DNA of 64,000 bases from the human T2T-CHM13v2.0 reference genome, Homo sapiens, in assembly GCF_009914755.1 (NCBI RefSeq), contig NC_060947.1. One strand, written 5' to 3'. Positions within the stretch are counted from its first letter, which is position 1. Each line of letters starts with the position of its first letter. The translations under genes were made by a program, and so were the position numbers. Below, in pieces: positions 60,580-64,000 of this stretch. Under the pieces are notes generated by a model that was given only the letters and a program-made list of their open reading frames with translations, ran no database searches and had not been told where the DNA came from.

Positions 60580-60936
60580 TTTTTTTTTTTTTCCTTTCTT
60601 TTTCTTTTTTTTTCTTTTTTTTTTTTTTTTTTTTTTTTTGAGATGGAGTCTTGCTCTGTCACCCAGGCTGGAGTACAGTGGTGCGATCTCTGCTCACTGC
60701 AAGCTCCGCCTCCTGGGTTCACACCATTCTCCTGCATTCTCCTGCCTCAGCCTCCCCAGTAGCTGGGACTACAGGCGCCCACCACGCCTGGCTAATTTTT
60801 TTTTTTTTTTGTATTTTTAGTAGAGACGGGGGTTTCACCGTGTTAGCCAGGATGGTCTCGATCTCCTGACCTCATGATCTGCCCACCTTGGCCTCCCAAA
60901 GTGCTGGGATTACAGGCATGAGCCACCGCACCTGGC
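60580..60936 (-). mobile_element. AluY-like element with ~60-nt tail and internal 10-bp duplication
   Basis: 'gcaagctccgcc', 'tgttagccaggatggtctcgatc'; cattctcctg x2; TSD attccttct. Confidence 0.97.
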
Positions 60937-63502
60937 CCCATTCCTTCTTCTTCTTAATATTTTTCCATTTCAAGGTCACAACTGCAATACCTTATATATC
61001 CCATATTAGTAATGAGGACATCTGTGTTGCACTGGTATTGTTAAATTGGCCTTCAGTAAAATCAAACCATTCCTTGCAGTAATGGGTGAGAACTTGCCTT
61101 TCACCTAGAGCCAAGTTCATTACAAATTCATGCTCACAGCCCAGAGAAAAACAGGGTTTTTATGAGGTTTCAACAAGTAATATATCTGCATGATGGGTTG
61201 TTCCAAGAAACTAAGCAAATGGAAATGTCAGTTTGCAGAAACTGTCAAAACGAACATAACCTAATTAGAATTGCTGCTTATTTAATAAGCCATCAGTAGC
61301 CCTACCAGATAGAGTCCTGCCAATCTTGCAAGTACTCATTCATCTTGCATTTAAGTTTGTAGATACTCTAGGCTCTGCTAATGGGAAAACAACGTTAATT
61401 AGATACCGCACCCAATCATTAAACAGCTGCAAGCATAGTTAGTGCCCTTAGCTATGAAATGCTGTAAGCCTTCATGTGAATATACCTTGATATGTCAACA
61501 TGGGACCCCAGTGTGTATTGCAGTTATAAAACAGTGTGCATCACTGTATGCTTTGCACATGGCAGATCCTCGCAATGTACACATCGATAAGTAGTTTTTA
61601 TTAATGTATATTCCATGTGTTTGAATTGCATGTCACCCACTTAAGGTAGGTTCTTATTTGATGCCCGTAGTGTTTGCATATTAAGGGCCCTGAATACTAC
61701 TACTTTGCTTAGTAACGTGTCTTTACAGACATTACCTCTGACTTCATGTTTTATGGTTGTTAGTAATTGTGAAACAAATGTGTCTGACTGCCACTGGGCA
61801 ATGCTGCTTCAATAGAGTACACACATTAAGTGTATGACATTCAAAACTAGCAGAGGAGGAACTCTGAAGGAGGTAGGGCAGGGGATGACAAGAGTGTGGG
61901 AGGAGGAGAGGTGTAAGGAGAGGTATTATGAAAGAAAAAATAATCATGCTTTTTTAATTGCATAAAATAATTTGATTGCAAGTTTCAAAGACAAACTAAA
62001 AAAGAATGTAATCAATTATCTGCGTGTTGGCACAATAGAAATTTATGGGGAGACTGTGGAGGAAACGAAATGAGAACAGCTGAATGAAGTCAATCGCTGT
62101 GATGTGGCGCCTTCCCTATTGTTGAGAATGGAAAAGAGTGCAAATGCACAGTGCACCGGATTTGTCAGCAAGCTGTGTTTTCTCGGTATGGTAGATCTCT
62201 ATTGCTCATGACTATTGAGAAAGACCTACACACCTGCTTCTGTTATTCTCAAGCTGAATGATGAGGACAGAGTTTATAAATAGCCTTTCTTTCCTCTCTG
62301 TTAAGTGTTTCCTCATATGTGGGAGAAGGTAGATTATCTGGCTATCTAAATATCACCTGGAATTGTTACACCATGCAGTGAATGTTTAAGAAATGAGAGT
62401 GGACGATTTTGGTTGATGGTTTTAGTTAGCTACAATGTTTTCAACATCTTTAATCATATTATCCAGACTTCTTATTTGTTCTTCCTGTATTACCTATTGA
62501 TTATTATAATTCTGGCTCCATATACCTGTTACCTAGAGTCACATTGATACATTTTTGTCATCATGTGACATTGCTTTCCCTCAATCTCATATGCCATTTC
62601 TAATCTCATTCTTGCTTTACTGTTTACTCGATTACATCTGAATCTGGGAATCACTCTCTCATCCAACATAACAGCAGCCCCTCACATGGCTCCTTTGCTT
62701 CTAACTTGCCTCAATTTCTTTCTAGCCAGTAGAGATCACCAAGACCCAATTTGGTCATCCATTATGTTTGGGAGGACAGAAATATTATTTTAGTTATATA
62801 TTCAGTGACTTACAATTGTTTATCACAAACCTAAAGTTACCTGTAGTAAGCACTGGATCTGTTTCAGGTACACTGTCAATTGTAGAAGGTAGTTGTGGAC
62901 ATGAATAAAATGTTAGAGATGTCAGAGGCCGATGTGGCTGTCTTTAGAGGTAGAGTTTTATTGGAATATGGCCTAGAACTTTATTTTCAAAACAAAACAA
63001 AGAAATGGATAATCACCTCTTTTCCTTATCAATGATCTCTTAATCTCTACTGAATTAGTTTTGCAAATTATCACTGAAAGAGGATTTCAAGAAATATGAT
63101 TTTAAATTATCTTTTTCATATTTCTCTAGATTTTAAAAAGCTTTCTTTAAAAAGATGACAACCTTTAAAAATAACTTTTAGATACCATATATGCCTTCCA
63201 ATCTAAAAAAAATGAAAATATTGATAATAAAACATTTTTCTCCATGGTCTGTGTTAAAATTTATAGTCTGACTCACTCAATACTAATCTATGTGGAATTT
63301 ATCTTGGGTAGTCTAATCTTTGTTGCAAAAAGTGCAATACATGTCTTCCTTGCTTTAAGTACTGCTTTCTTATGTGATAGAAAACTGTTACAACTAAATT
63401 ACATTATTTTTAAAAATATGATATTTTTTAAATGGAGATCTTTTTGAATATCATACCACATTCAATTTCCAGTTAATCAAATGGCAAGTTAAAAATAAGT
63501 AG

Positions 63503-64000
63503 TGTGCATTAGATTTTTATTGCTGCAGTTGTAAATTACCAAAGGCTTAGTGGCTTAAAACAACATAATGTTATTATCATACTGACACAGGTCATACTGA
63601 TCAAGGTCTCAGCAGGACTGTATTTCATTCTGGAGGCTCTAGGAGAGAATCAGTTTCCTTTGCCTTTTCCAACTTCTAGAGCAAGTTTGTCCAACACGTG
63701 GCCTGCGGGCTGCATGCAGCCCAGGATGGCTTTGAATGAGGCTCAACACAAATTTGTAAACTTTCTTAAAACATTGTGAGATTTTTTTTTTTTTGCAATT
63801 TTTTTTAGCTCATCAGCTATCATTAGTGTTAGTGTATTTTATGTGTGGCCCAAGACAATTCTTCTTCTTCTAATGTGGCCAGGGGAAGCCAAAAGATTGG
63901 ACACCCATGTTCTAGAGGCTTACCACATTCCCATGACTTATGGCACCTTTCTTCAATCTTTAAAGTCAGTAACATTGCATTTTTCTCATCCTTCTTCAGT
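63503..64000 (-). mobile_element. MLT1C/D-like MaLR LTR running off the window end, split by MER30
   Basis: 'aaattacca...agtggcttaaaacaac...tctggaggctctaggagagaatc...gccttttccaacttctagag|gct...cacattcc'. Confidence 0.85.
63682..63909. mobile_element. MER30 hAT MITE
   Basis: 'ttgtccaac...cccaggatggctttgaatg...gaagccaaaagattggacaccc'; perfect 8-bp TSD ttctagag. Confidence 0.92.

Overview
This is AT-rich, CpG-poor primate (human-like) non-coding DNA, either intronic or intergenic. I could not identify the locus. It holds 23 Alus (19 on the minus strand, 4 on the plus strand), several 5'-truncated L1s, MaLR/ERV solo LTRs, hAT and Tigger DNA-transposon fossils, MIR/L2 remnants and microsatellites. 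I found no host coding exon, RNA gene, CpG island or CRISPR-like array. The recognisable ORFs are Alu-derived or L1 ORF2 remnants; the rest look like chance ORFs. I cannot support a new gene-encoded biological system. The most unusual signals are structural scars: (1) a 106-bp near-perfect copy of sequence 1,940 bp away, pasted into an old L1 with a patchwork junction typical of templated repair; (2) a 128-bp unrecognised insert between direct repeats in an old L1; (3) an orphan 63-nt + A31 segment with a candidate target-site duplication (TSD); (4) a four-level nest of repeats; and (5) a (CA)n/(GT)n inverted pair. Subfamily names were assigned by eye and old-repeat boundaries are approximate, so both need RepeatMasker/Dfam confirmation.
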